DNA of 55,190 nucleotides, the filler included, from Sphacelaria rigidula (Eukaryota), in assembly GCA_964200075.2 (NCBI GenBank). It is 4 parts of 4 records of this genome, joined end to end, with 100 filler letters (N's around TTAATTAATTAA, not from the genome) between each part and the next. Parts side by side here need not be neighbours in the genome. Positions count along the whole stretch, not along the records: positions 1 to 13,723 come from CAXNAA020002700.1; positions 13,824 to 27,546 come from CAXNAA020002701.1; 2 more parts are not named here. One strand, given 5' to 3'. The notes below the pieces were generated by a model. That model saw nothing but the letters and a program-made list of their open reading frames with translations, did no database searches and was not told the origin of the DNA. The position numbers and the translations under genes were made by a program. Below, piece by piece: positions 12,119-23,934 of the stretch (positions within the stretch are counted from its first letter, which is position 1; each line of letters starts with the position of its first letter).

Positions 12119-13127
12119 TTTTGGGACCGACCTCTCGCTTACACGGGGTTGACCACGAGTTAGTAAAATAATAAAAAATAAGTCAGGGAGCGACCTGCCC
12201 AATCACAGCGAGGCGAACTTTATTGACCAGACCCGACCCGAACGTCGAGCGCGGGGATTGTTGCCAAGTGTGATGTCACTGCAAAGATCATGTGGGGGCC
12301 TATCCCTGGAGCATGGCTCATCGTATTACTGCATTCAGTATAGCGTTCCCGGGATTTCCCAGGACTTTCTCGGGTCGCCAGCCTATACCAGAACGTAGTA
12401 ATTACACCAACACAGGGTGGAGTAGGAAAAATCGGGAAGGAGTGTGCATGCCACAATGTGGTCGTTTTCACGAGGCACTAAACCCAGGTGGGCCGTGGAA
12501 AGACAAAATGAGCTATCGTCATGAATTCTGCTCATCCCTCTGCCGATGACTTGCAGAACACTGTGAACATGTATGTAGTGGGCGGGGATGAACGAGCTGT
12601 GTATAGACAGCTGGTCTCCGTCGCTGAGAACTACCCAGAGCGTGCAAGGAAGTATGCACCGGCAGCTGCTGCTACAGTCGGAGAGGCGTACTGCACTGCA
12701 CTGTACTGTACTGTACGTATGTATGTGCGCCGCAACGTCCATACCCTTCGAAGAGAATTTGTCGCATGCAACAAAGAGGGAAAGGGCGGCCCACCCCGAC
12801 CACAAAGGGCTGTGTGGAAAGGTGATGGGGACAATAATATCATCCAAAGCCACGAGTGGCGGGTGGCCCGCCGGTCGCCGCACCCTGTTGAAAGCTCTCT
12901 GGTGCGACATATACTGCTTGCTACATCAGATGTACATTACCTCTTGCGAACCCTGCACCTGAAAATAGATTGGATGAAGCTTTCGGTCTTCCTCATAACC
13001 CTGCGGTTACATACGCGGATTATCAGCAACATGCCACTGTTTTGTGCAGACGTCAGACACGTCATTCCTAACCAGCCTCTTTGATTGGTCGTCCTGGAGG
13101 TCCGGTCCCAAAGGGGTTGATTTTTCC

Positions 13128-13460
13128 GCACAAGGAGCAATGACTCGAGTGCTCGCCCTATTATTTTTTCCGCAACGAGCAATGACTCGAGTGCTCGCCC
13201 TATTATTTTTTTCCCACAACGAGCAATGACTCGAGTGCTCGCTTTATTTAGTTTTTTCCACAGTGACCACTGACTCGAGTGCTCGCCCTATTTAGTTTTT
13301 TCCACGACGAGCAATGACTCGAGTGCTCACCCAGTTAATTTTTTTCCACAACAAGTAATGACTCGAGTGCTCGCCCTATTGAGTTTTTTCCACAACAAGC
13401 AATGACTCGAGTGCTCGCCCAATAACTTTTTTCCACAACGAGCAATGACTCGAGTGCGAG
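13128..13460 (+). repeat. Tandem array, 8 x 43-44 nt
   Basis: Same unit and same orientation as 11865-12118. Confidence 0.9.
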
Positions 13461-13723
13461 TGCCACAGTCACTCTCGAGCTCGTCCGACGTATGGATTAT
13501 TTCATGATCTCACCGCCTGATATATGTGGAAATGTATCCTGGACAAGAGCTTTCTGCAGTCGGTACACAAATCGAAATAATGTTTTGTGCATAACAGTAT
13601 AAAATGGGCATTATACAAAAAAGGGTACACCCTTATGCTTTTGGAGCAAAAAAGGGTGGTGCATTTTTCGCTTCGGGGCGCGGCGCTGCACGCTGGCCGA
13701 ACACCTCGAAAACACGTTCCAGC

Positions 13724-13823
13724 NNNNNNNNNNNNNNNNNNNNNNNNNNNNNNNNNNNNNNNNNNNNTTAATTAATTAANNNNNNNNNNNNNNNNNNNNN
13801 NNNNNNNNNNNNNNNNNNNNNNN
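13724..13823. other. Artificial contig-joining linker
   Basis: N44-TTAATTAATTAA-N44; the 12-mer gives stops in all six frames. Confidence 0.98.
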
Positions 13824-13962
13824 CGAAGCCTACTGATTATCTTGCATTTGGATGACAGCCTCCAATGAGTTGCTTCATTTTCTGGTACCGTCATGTCCAG
13901 AGGCAGCCACGGCTTACACACTGCCTTATGGGTCTTTCACAATTTAAAGTGGAGTGGGGGGG
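13824..13962 (+). repeat. Dispersed repeat family E at contig start
   Basis: Homologous to 1-85 and to the reverse complement of 17516-17625; ends in a G-run. Confidence 0.72.
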
Positions 13963-14837
13963 TGATGTGAGGACCATATCCCAGGGGTTCCGTAATTCGG
14001 GATCCCCAGACAACATGTACGGGAGGTCATTCGTCACAACCGGTTTCCACGAGAGGCCCGCTCTCTCTAGGACAAGCATACTATGTGTACTCGACACATC
14101 CATGGACGTAGACTTGACAACTACAGCAGAGGCCCCTACATTTCCTTGAGCAAAGCATGCGAACGCTCGAGGCGCCCACCCGACATAACTGCCACGAGGC
14201 CGTCTAGCGGAGCCTCCGGGTTTTCGACACACGAGCCCGCTTTCGGGGAAAGTGTCGAGTCAGGTTTTCTCCTTCCATCAAGGAAAAAAAGTAAAACTAC
14301 AGCAGGGGCACAGGATCGTCGGTGGTCAGTCTTCCTCGAGAGCATCTTGTTCTCGAAGACGAGGACCCCAAAAAGCTGACTACGATACTGACACGTGCAC
14401 GGGATTTCCTTCAACTGTGTCGGTCGCTTGCCCTGTCCTCTCACCAATCACACCCCATGGGTCCACGCACGTCGACGTAACTCGATCACACGCTGTGCAC
14501 GCGGCATGAGACGCGACGGCACGAAGCGCCGATCATGGCTGAAAAACGCGGGACGAGTTGATCCGCTGAAGCGTTTACGCGGCGACTGCGCACTGGTCAC
14601 TAGATCCAGCAAGGCATATCTTTTGTCACTTAGCTCCCCCGTGAGGGTCGACACACCGAGATCTTCCAAACGTTGTGGGTCTGGTTTGTTTTGCTGCATC
14701 CCAAACGCGAGCGCACTGACTGTACGCGGCAATCCAACCCTGGGAATCTCATGTGACACAAGACCTAGGAACAAGAACGAGGGGCAAAAAAGACGCTCCT
14801 GTGGGGCGTTTGGGAATGGAAGAGCTTGCCCACTTTG

Positions 14838-15109
14838 TCGCGTACGTCTCAAGGGATCAACCCATTTTCCTCCTCACCCTTAATCGTGCCTTGCATTTTG
14901 GTCTCGGATTTTGTCAGCACTCCCGCACCGCGTCAAGTCTCGTCACCAAAACTCAGCCGACTACGTTTCGTTCACTCACCTACTCACGCTTTTGGACGGT
15001 GGAAGTCAGATACTTCGAAGCAAAGACCTCAACGCACCGGGATTCGAATCCTCGTTCTCTCCACCCTAATGGCGATAGTCGGATCATTTTATTTCACACC
15101 ACCGGGGCG
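14838..15109 (-). mobile_element. tRNA-derived SINE family A
   Basis: Colinear with 9100-9345; B-box-like GATTCGAATCC on the minus strand. Confidence 0.75.
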
Positions 15110-16419
15110 CGGCCGCTATTTAGGACGTGTAAAATGAAAGGAGGTTTGAAGGGACCCGAGATGAGATCACCTTAGAACAACCTGACTCAAGTGCTGGATC
15201 CGAATAATGGATCCTGTGTGTTTCAAGGGGGGTATTGTCGTTCCATTTTTCAAGGTGCGCCGTTGGATCAGGGGGAGAAAGCAGGACGCACGCGTGTTGT
15301 CGCATGCTATTCTCGGGAAGCACGCGGCACGCGCAGGAACAGTCCCAAGCCGTTGCGCAAAGCCTTCGAGCCTCGCGCCTGGCACAGTTGCCAACGCCAA
15401 GCCTGGCTCTTCGGCGATCCGTCCAGCATTTCAGGAGCTACGACAGCGTGGGTGCGCCGCTCATACTAGGGTAGCGCAAAATGCTGTTTTTGAAGCTGTA
15501 TCAAGGGTGAACAGAGCTTAAGGCGAAACTACAAAAAAGTCCGTGGCAGGACAAAGTAGTCACAATCAAGTATCTTCGTGTTTCGCCACTGCAATGAGTG
15601 AAAAACATGTAAAACCAACCTTTTCGGTTCTCGTTTTTTTCAGAACATCGGCTAGGGGTCGTTTGTCAGCAAACGATGAAGCCATGAAGCGATAATACAC
15701 CACCGAGGTAGAGCTTGTCACGTATGGTTCCCAAAAGACGAGCGTTGCGGGCAGTGGGGTGCAGACTGCGTCAGCGCCTGCAAAGGTGCAAAATGGTGTT
15801 CGAGAATCGACCAACAAAAAAGACAGGCCGCACTGTGTTTGTTTCACACTGAGCCCTCCTCAACGAAAATGATCGACTGATAATTTTCGCTCTTATCCAC
15901 CAGCGCCTGGCTAGCTGGGTGCGGGAAAAGCCTGTCCACCGCGTCAAGGAGCGAGTGTCTTGATCGAGTCCGACAGTGCGCGAGGCAAGGAAAGCCTATC
16001 TTCCATGTGAAGAAAAATGAAATCAGTGGTAAGTTCTGACAACCCATGTTCCATTTTTCACTTCTTGAAATTATTTATCCCAGACTTGATCTATAATCTC
16101 GATTCTACATATGTGACTTAACTGTAACGCGATTGGGCCAAAAGCATTCAAGTAAGTAGATGTTTGTATCAGACTTCTTACCCTTACATAAAATGATTTC
16201 ACATTTTGACATTTGTTTACCCCTTGAGATCCCTTTAGCGCTTGCTTCCGTTCATTTGCCCACGTTCGGTTCGCGTATCTTGTGTCAGCACGGCTAGATT
16301 TGTGGGGGAATCAGTCCGCGCGAGACGGCCACCCGATACAAGCCATGATTGGATCACTTAATCGATCAACCACCCACGCCACAACATTCACTTCAACACC
16401 TTTTTTCCCTCCACCTCAC

Positions 16420-19400
16420 CCCATGAGCGTCGGCGTATCGAGATCGCGCGATTTGTTGCAGCCTTTTGACGTTGCTGCCATTAGCCGTATCGATGTACAG
16501 CACACCTATGCCGTGGGACGCAGCCGCCACCGCCGCCGTAAGACACAACTGGAAAATGACCAAAAGAACAAAGGCGACGATGTGTGAAGGGTCGTATAGT
16601 ACGTCACAGGAAATTAAAAAATCAGAGACCGACCGAAACACAGCACTTGGGGAACTTAATACGCGCGACTGTGTAGCACTGCAATAACTAACAACTTGAA
16701 AAATCGCGAAAAAAAACAAATTTTTCAGCAGCAAATACGCGCCACTGCGGCATACTCTGGGAAACGCTCAGAAATTAGATAGACTAAAACGCATCTTATT
16801 CGGCAATTACCTTGGGCAGTTGGACATCTCGGGGTGCTACAGGGAGCAGAAGAGAGATTGCTGCATGAATATCGATTTTTACCCTACAACTAGTGACATG
16901 AGCACAATGATCTTCCATACCCAGGGTGAACAAACAACGGAATTTGAATTCAAACTTCAGATATTTGTGCCCCTTTTGTTGGGAGATGACTAGTCACACA
17001 AAAGCGATCCCACGATAGGGGGTGGGGGGTGTACTCATGATGTTCCATACCGTAGTCATGAGACCATAGACCTCGCATCTCTACATAGCCTGGACGGAGC
17101 ACGCCGGGTTTTCGTCGGATCAGGCTCGGATAAGCAACGTCTTGCACGAAGGGGTGATGGAATGTCGCTGCAGGGAGGGAATTTCACTCGAGCGATATTG
17201 GTATCGACATGTCACGCGCGTTCATACCGCTTGACAGTGGTTACAGCCAAATACAAGCGCACAACTAGTGCGTAAGGCCGCGTGACACAACCTCCAAGTC
17301 GTCTGCTTGATTGCACTCAATCACACCGCTCCTAATATGTGGGAAAACGTGATGAGCGCCCAGAGTTGGAGGTGTCTCTATTAGGAATAGAAACGATGCT
17401 CTGTCTCGAGAGGGATGCGTGGCCAATGGTCAAATGACAAAGGCAAGCAGTATATGGCAGCACTCCCTTCCCCTCTCTCCCCCCGCCTCATATTGCAGGA
17501 TCAGTTTGTGAGGCACCCATGAGGCAGGCTGGGACCCGTGGCTGTCTCTGGAAGTGGCGATACCAGAACATGAAGCAACTCATTGTAGGCTGTCATCTAT
17601 ATGCAAGATAATCAGTACGCTTCGGGCGGAAGAACCTTAGCAGGGTGCAGCTCACCCTTCATGCGACTCGCCGAACACATCACGGCGCTTCGCGCTCGGT
17701 GATTGATCACGAGCCTGGCCAGTCGAAAATCCAGCGTGCTCTGTCCCGGGTTTGTAGGGATGCGAGGTCAATGGTCATATAACTACAGCATGCCAGATCA
17801 TGAGTATACCCATTATACGATCACTAATTCTTCTCTCTACCGGTACCGTAGTTGATTTAGTAGGAAACTGGTTTGCGTAGAACTGTAGTGCGTGTTTTCA
17901 GCCAGTAGTTGTTTGTCAGCAACAAGTTTCACAACAATTCCAGGAAAGTAAGCTCGGGGAGGGGGGGGCAATCCGTAATCTATCGACAGTTTCCCGAGCA
18001 TGGACAGGTTGTTGTGGCTAGTGCGAAGAATGGCTACGGGGCAAAAGAAGGTTCAAGCGCACCGCGCCCTTGGTGTACATCACCTGGCTTTTGCCAACGG
18101 CAGACCTGCCGACGACCTCGACCACGTGATGGAGCATGAGCCCTTTGCAGAGTAGCGAGTCCAAGCTGGGGGAAGCGACAGGAGTGATCAGAAGACGCCA
18201 ACTTAAGACCACCGCGTGTTGTTCATCAGCATCCATCGTTAGTATCATCGTCGTCATTTCACACAGGACGATAACAGCTCGTGGGTCCTGAAAGACTAAT
18301 CATGCTCATCTTGGTCGTCGTCTTCACCGTCACCGTCATCGCGGCTAACAACGGCAACAATTACAACAACAAAAAACGACAATATGGACGCGATCATCAC
18401 CACGAAAAAAAACAAGGGGCGAAGCATAACAACCGTCATCATGATCACACCCGCCATCATCATCAATACTACTGAACAACCCTTCCCACCGAAACGCGCC
18501 GTCTTCATCAGCTGGCCTGATACCGCACACAAGCAACGATACACGCATGGCAATCCGCAACAGACATACAGACCTCATTCAAATCTATAGTATATCCTAC
18601 ACCCGTGTGCCGGAGAAAACAGTGCTGAGGCAGGCGGCATGGCTGTCGCAATTCTCGATTGGGAACCAAGGTTTGAAAAAGTCGTGTTGTGTGTCACCTG
18701 CAGAGTTTCTGCCCAATCCGGCTCCCCGAATCCATGGTTACAAATTTCTTGGTTTTAGTGTAAGCGATCGAATGGAAAACTCAAAAAGCTTACAACCCCA
18801 AGGGAAATCCTAGCGTGCTTAGCACGCCTTTTGGCTCAAATCGGCGCCTACACCCTGCCCGCGCACGCTTTGCCTTGGACACTGCGTGGATCATCACCGT
18901 CGCCCGAAGGTTCTCGAGCTGCCTTGGGGTCGGGGTTTGGGTTGGGGGCAGCCTAAGGTTAGACAAAACAAATGATGTTCGACTCGACCATGGGCGTGGG
19001 AAGCGCCAGGTTAGGGAGAATCGTATGATATGTCCACTGCCCCGACTAATCAAGGGGATTTTGTATGTACCGTACGTGGCAGTCTATACGACCCTTGAGT
19101 GTTGACGTACCCGGAGGCTCTCATCACTAGGAGATGGCACTTGGGGGGCAGGGGTTGTGTACCAGGTACCCCGTTGAAATACAGTAGATATCCGACACGG
19201 TGCCGCAACAGCGGAAGCCGTCACCTGGGGATGTAATCCAGGGGGTGCTATCTTACGTGTCGATGACACACACCGCCATCCCTGGCATCTTTCACCTTCT
19301 GCCGGTGGGTTCACGAGTCACTTACCTGTCTGATCCCGTTGTGACGTAGCCGCCGACTTCTTTCACCTGCCTATACAACACGTCCGCCGTGCAAAACGAT

Positions 19401-20152
19401 GGCAAGGCCGGGGCCGATCCGACCGCATCCGCCCTTCCTCCCACGCCACCTGTACCACTTCCGACCCCTCCTCCGCCGTTCCCTGACAACTCCTGGCCGG
19501 CGGCGTTGCAGTCATCCGCGTCTGCGCCATCCTGAACTCGACTATCTGGCACGATCGGCTGAGCCTGTGGGGAGTGACGAAAACGTACATCTTATATGTG
19601 TGTATGTGTGTATGCTTACTAACAACACTGGTCGTTTTCTTGCCTACAGCAGCAGTTGTGAATAGATGCGGATCAGTACGGCGATGGAGGAGCTGCGAGG
19701 AGCTGAACGTCCGGACGACGCTCCCCCAAACCCCCTCCGTTCCATTCATCACCCCTTGACAGGAGGCTTGCTGCTGTTGGTATCACTGCGGTCTTGCAGC
19801 CGAAAATGATTGTACGGTAGATAGACTGGTCCTGCGGGACAGAAAAAAAAACTATGAAAACTGTTCACGCCACAGTATGGAGGGAAACGGGGAAAATGCC
19901 GGAGAAGTACAAGAACAATATCGTTGTTTCTCCGGCGCTGAAATCCCCACCACATGCGACCAGGCCGTGCATGCGGACTATCTTGAAAAACGAGGGGGGA
20001 TATCGTCTTCATACGTTCTACATACGTAAAATGCGGCAACGTCTTTACCTGACACCGGAGAGCGACGAGATAGCGCAGCTTGCTCACGGCAGCCAAGCTT
20101 ACGCGGCACTCCAGGGCTAGTTGTTCCGAATCTCGACACAGTAGGGACTCGG
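16420..20152 (-). CDS. RAD51D: DNA repair protein RAD51 paralog, RAD51D-like; spliced, 5' and 3' partial
   Basis: Frame-consistent GT-AG exons. 20152-20049: ESLLCRDSEQLALECRVSLAAVSKLRYLVALRCQ. 19531-19326: Gly-rich linker then TADVLYRQVKEVGGYVTTGSD. 18165-18084: LDSLLCKGLMLHHVVEVVGRSAVGKSQ, Walker A GRSAVGKS. 16548-16420: LCLTAAVAAASHGIGVLYIDTANGSNVKRLQQIA. The motif order matches RAD51D. The first exon is unresolved and Walker B exons were not found in this contig. Confidence 0.85.
17335..17490 (+). mobile_element. Family D copy (longer 5' extent) ending in a C-rich tract
   Basis: gtgatgagcgcc...ggtgtctctattaggaatagaaacgatgctctgtctcgagagggatgcgtggccaatggtcaaatgac..., followed by cccttcccctctctccccc. 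Confidence 0.65.
17490..17630 (-). repeat. Dispersed repeat family E (intronic in RAD51D)
   Basis: Reverse complement of the repeat at 1-85 and 13824-13933. Confidence 0.7.
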
Positions 20153-23139
20153 CTATGATGACGCAGAATGAAAAGCATAGAACGGTCAAGAGAGGTGAAT
20201 ACATCTCATGAAGTTGTGGATATCGGACAGCATCAGGGTACAGTTATCGGTTTTGAGAAGCGTGAGGTCAGAAAGGAAGCAGGATACGGCACGGACGACA
20301 CCCAGCACTCCTGCACGTGTAGATGATTTGTGATTTGGTGCTCATCTTGTCCTCGATCTACTGTAGAACCTAGTCTACATCATGAACTTAGGAGACACCT
20401 GGCAACGCCCAGCCTGCCCGGGTACTGTAGAAAAGCGGAAGCACATACTGTTCAGACGCGGTTATAGCTATAAGAAAAGACAGAAAACAAACTCTAGGCA
20501 TTACCTGGTGACAACACAACAAGCTCCGACATGATAAACGCGGCTACGCTGAAAGCCGCGCACTGATGCCTAAAGAATCAGATGGCGGGCATCGTAAATT
20601 CAGCACCTCCATACTCGTGATAGTACACCTGTACAGGCTTCGCTATTTCTGAATTTCAGGCAGGGTCTGCACGGGTATTCCCCACGCGTTCCGACCCAAG
20701 ATACCACGCCGACTGTACCCAATAGATGTGAAGCAATACGGTTCGAACATGGCCACACCATAGCCTACGGAGGAAGCCCTCCACCCCAAGATCGATAACC
20801 ACGAGTACGGGTATTGAAGGCAGCACGCGCGGGATGGTGAACACGGCATATGGCATTTTCCGAGAGTGCATTGGCAGCGTCGGTGCGCCGCAAAACGGTT
20901 AGGCATGGCCCACCAATCAAAAGCCCGTTTCACCATCGGCTATCGAGCGGAGAGGCAAAAACCACCTCTGACTACACGCCAGGGAAAATAACGGCCCCCT
21001 TTAGGGACACATTCACCCACCTAGAGTAATCGGGACGGGCAAGGAGGCCAGTACACTCAGGGTGCGTTCATCAAGCCCCAGTCTATCTAACCTGGGCATC
21101 CTCTCGGGAGTCAGGGGCGGGGGGGTTGGACGAACGTGGAGAAGAAAAATGGATCTTGTAGGCTAAACGTTGAAGCGCAGCCCACGCTTGTTCGCCTGCC
21201 TTCCTGCAAGGCCACCCGCAGCCACTGGGTGTGTTTCGGAAATCCGTTATAGAAACAACAGGGGAAAAGAGAAAAAAAAAGGTAAGGCTACGGACAGTTA
21301 AAAAAAAAAACAGGGAAATGTGCTGCACAGCAGTATATGCTCCGAGACAGGAGTACGAATACGTACAGAGGTGTTGTTCTGTTCAGGATGCGTTGCGTAT
21401 ATTCCTCACCACATTGCATTGTGCGAAAGTGTAGGACGCGCCCCGTGCGACAATAATCCTCTGGGAGCCCATGCCTTCTGTCGTCATCCGTAAGTAAGCC
21501 GGGTCACACTGCGGCATCAGCACATCAGAACCAAGTACTTCACGCAAGGACCGCTACCGACCACGGCTAGAGAATCTTCGAGCGGGTTCCTTTACACTCA
21601 TGCTTTCCCCCGGATTTGAGTGACCGCAGTCTGACTATGCGTACGGAGTTTGCGACACATGTTTTTTTCTTCAACATCATCATACATGCTTGGTAGGATG
21701 AAATACGCATATAGCACTTCATGTATGTATCGACTAAACCTTCGAAGAGGTTTATATTGACAAAGCTACAAATTCTCAACACGGATTCGGCCACTCGATC
21801 GATTTGTATGGGCTGCGCAGCCCCGAGATTCGTAATTTGGACTCGATCCGACCCCATCGGTGAGATTGGTGGTTCGATTATCGGCCAGGCAACGTTACTT
21901 CTCGGGTTTATTCGTACACACGTCCAGGCGACGTCACTTTTCAGTCGCTGTTCTTCATCACACTAGCTTTTTTCCAGAAATCTCCCACCCGTGGTCATAA
22001 AACCATGCCACAAGCAGACAGAATACGAGGAAGAAAAAAAAACGCCCGCGAACAGGAAAACACTGGGCCCCGATGAGCGGGTTACTACACACACCTTGGC
22101 GAAGAAATAAACTACACAGAACTATACTTACGGCTCGAAATAACAAAATTAAGATAAGAAGAGAAGATACTGGTTACATGGTACGTGCGCCGCAGGAGAT
22201 CAAAACAAGGCCAACGGAGGAAAACTACATAGTTCAGCATACTTGAAAAAATTCAGGGCAGTGCAGCGCGATAGGCACGGTGACAAGGCACGGGAAGGGC
22301 CAAAGCGTGATGAGACCAAAAGAGGCATGGAGGAGGAGCCTACGGAAAGGGAAACGTAACAAGAAAACACCGGCTAGAACAGGACAGGACAGAAAAAAAT
22401 GGAACCAAACAAACTTAAAACAAATAACACTAGCATCAAAACGAGAGACAAGGCAAGGCGAAAGTCAGTACTACTTGCGGAAGAGAGAGAGAAAGAGAGA
22501 AAGGGGAAACTCTGAAACGGCATTTTGGCGGCAATTTACGCGCTCACGAGCGGGTACGAAGGGCCGCACGTACCGTGTGACAATGCAAGGTACGTGCTAA
22601 GGCATGACATTTCCCCCCTCCAGGCCCAGAGTTCTTCTGAGGTAGGGCTGCAGACGCGGTGCGCTACGAAGAATCCAAGTGAAATGAGCTCAGGCTTGAA
22701 TGCCGTGGGTATGGAAATAATGCTTTGTGTTGTATTTTGAGTGCACTGTTTAGGGTGAGGCGTTCAGGTGAGCCCCGTTTTTCACGCCGAATGTACCCCT
22801 GCACAAGTCAAGCATATCTTTCTCAAACATGCATTTTCCTTCAGGTAGAGCTGCATCTGTAGCGGGCGGGAGGAAACGAATGAGTTGCAATTGTCGTGTA
22901 GACAGGGCGAGCGATAACCAACCGACCTAGAGGCACAGGGGCAGCCATATCATCATTCTCATCGGACAAAGTGGCACGGATGGTCGTCGGTCGTCGTTTT
23001 GGCACAGTTCAGCACTGCGAGTAATTTGAACTGCGAGGAAGTTTGATTACACGAAAGGACGGACAGTGCCACCAGAACTTGTCTATTTCTCCCTCAGTAT
23101 TTGAGGCACCATCAACGAACAATGGAGCAAATGAAGAGC

Positions 23140-23745
23140 GGGGATGGTTCGGATACGCATGAATATGGTGCTGTGCAGGAAATCGGATCCGTCAAATACG
23201 GGGGGATCTCACCGCTCTCACACGCAAGAAAACGTGTTGCTTGAGATGGTGCGAAGCCCACGGAATACTACGGGATACTACGGGAGGAGCAATGCGGTTC
23301 TTGACCTGATCTATCCACCGTCGACACGCTGTTTGTAGTGCGGCGACTCCATGAGCTGGGGCGATGGCGGAGAATATCGCTGTGCATGTGCTTCGTCGAC
23401 CTTCAGAAGGCATATGACTCGGTCGACCGCCCAGGTGTGTGTTGATATGGGTGGGGAAAGGACAGACCCGACGTGACCCCCGGCGGGTAGTACACCGCGG
23501 CCTAGCAGACGTGCAAGGATAAAATCATGCGATTCTTATTTCTATGGTTGGTGGTCTTTGATTCCCAAGCTTGGCGTTATTTCTGTGGCTTCGTGTGTCC
23601 AGTGGGAACGTTAGGCGCTCTCCAGTAGGTTGAATACTCGCCTGTCGCACCGGATCTTACGGGGTCAGCAGTATTTCTATTTGTTTTTGTCGCTTCTGTG
23701 TTAATTTTTCTGGATCCGTTTTTATATTTATTTTTATTTATGTAT
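23140..23745 (+). mobile_element. Degenerate RTE-clade LINE fragment (reverse transcriptase remnant)
   Basis: 23281-23430 translates REEQCGS*PDLSTVDTLFVVRRLHELGRWRRISLCMCFVDLQKAYDSVDR, the classic non-LTR RT segment, with an internal stop. A T/A-rich tail lies near 23720-23740. Outer boundaries are approximate. Confidence 0.85.
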
Positions 23746-23934
23746 ACCTTATGTTGGGCAGCTAGCCTGTCACCCCGGTAGGCGTCCTCATCAGATGTCC
23801 ATTACGGAAATAGAAGTGCTGCGTAGATTTCGGGACGGTTTGATGTGAAGACAACAACATCTGGAACAACAACCACAACGACAGCAACAATGAACATGAG
23901 CGTGAAAATACATGCCCCGGCGTCAAACTACGTA

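Larger units (their letters stand above)
11803..13494. mobile_element. hAT-type non-autonomous transposon with subterminal tandem arrays
   Basis: TIRs CACACATCGGACGAG / CATACGTCGGACGAG; 8-bp TSD gactattt (11795-11802) / gattattt (13495-13502); 6 + 8 copies of a 43-44-nt unit around a core of about 1 kb. Confidence 0.82.

Noticed and set aside
11865..13460. CRISPR array (regular palindromic repeats)
   Set aside because: Inter-repeat segments are near-identical T-rich sequence, not unique spacers. There are no cas genes, and the arrays lie inside TIRs with an 8-bp TSD in eukaryotic DNA.
20504..20535. First exon of RAD51D (MSELVVLSP, phase-compatible donor)
   Set aside because: Phase fits but there is no recognisable similarity, and other candidates (e.g. 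a donor near 22572) fit equally well; left unassigned.
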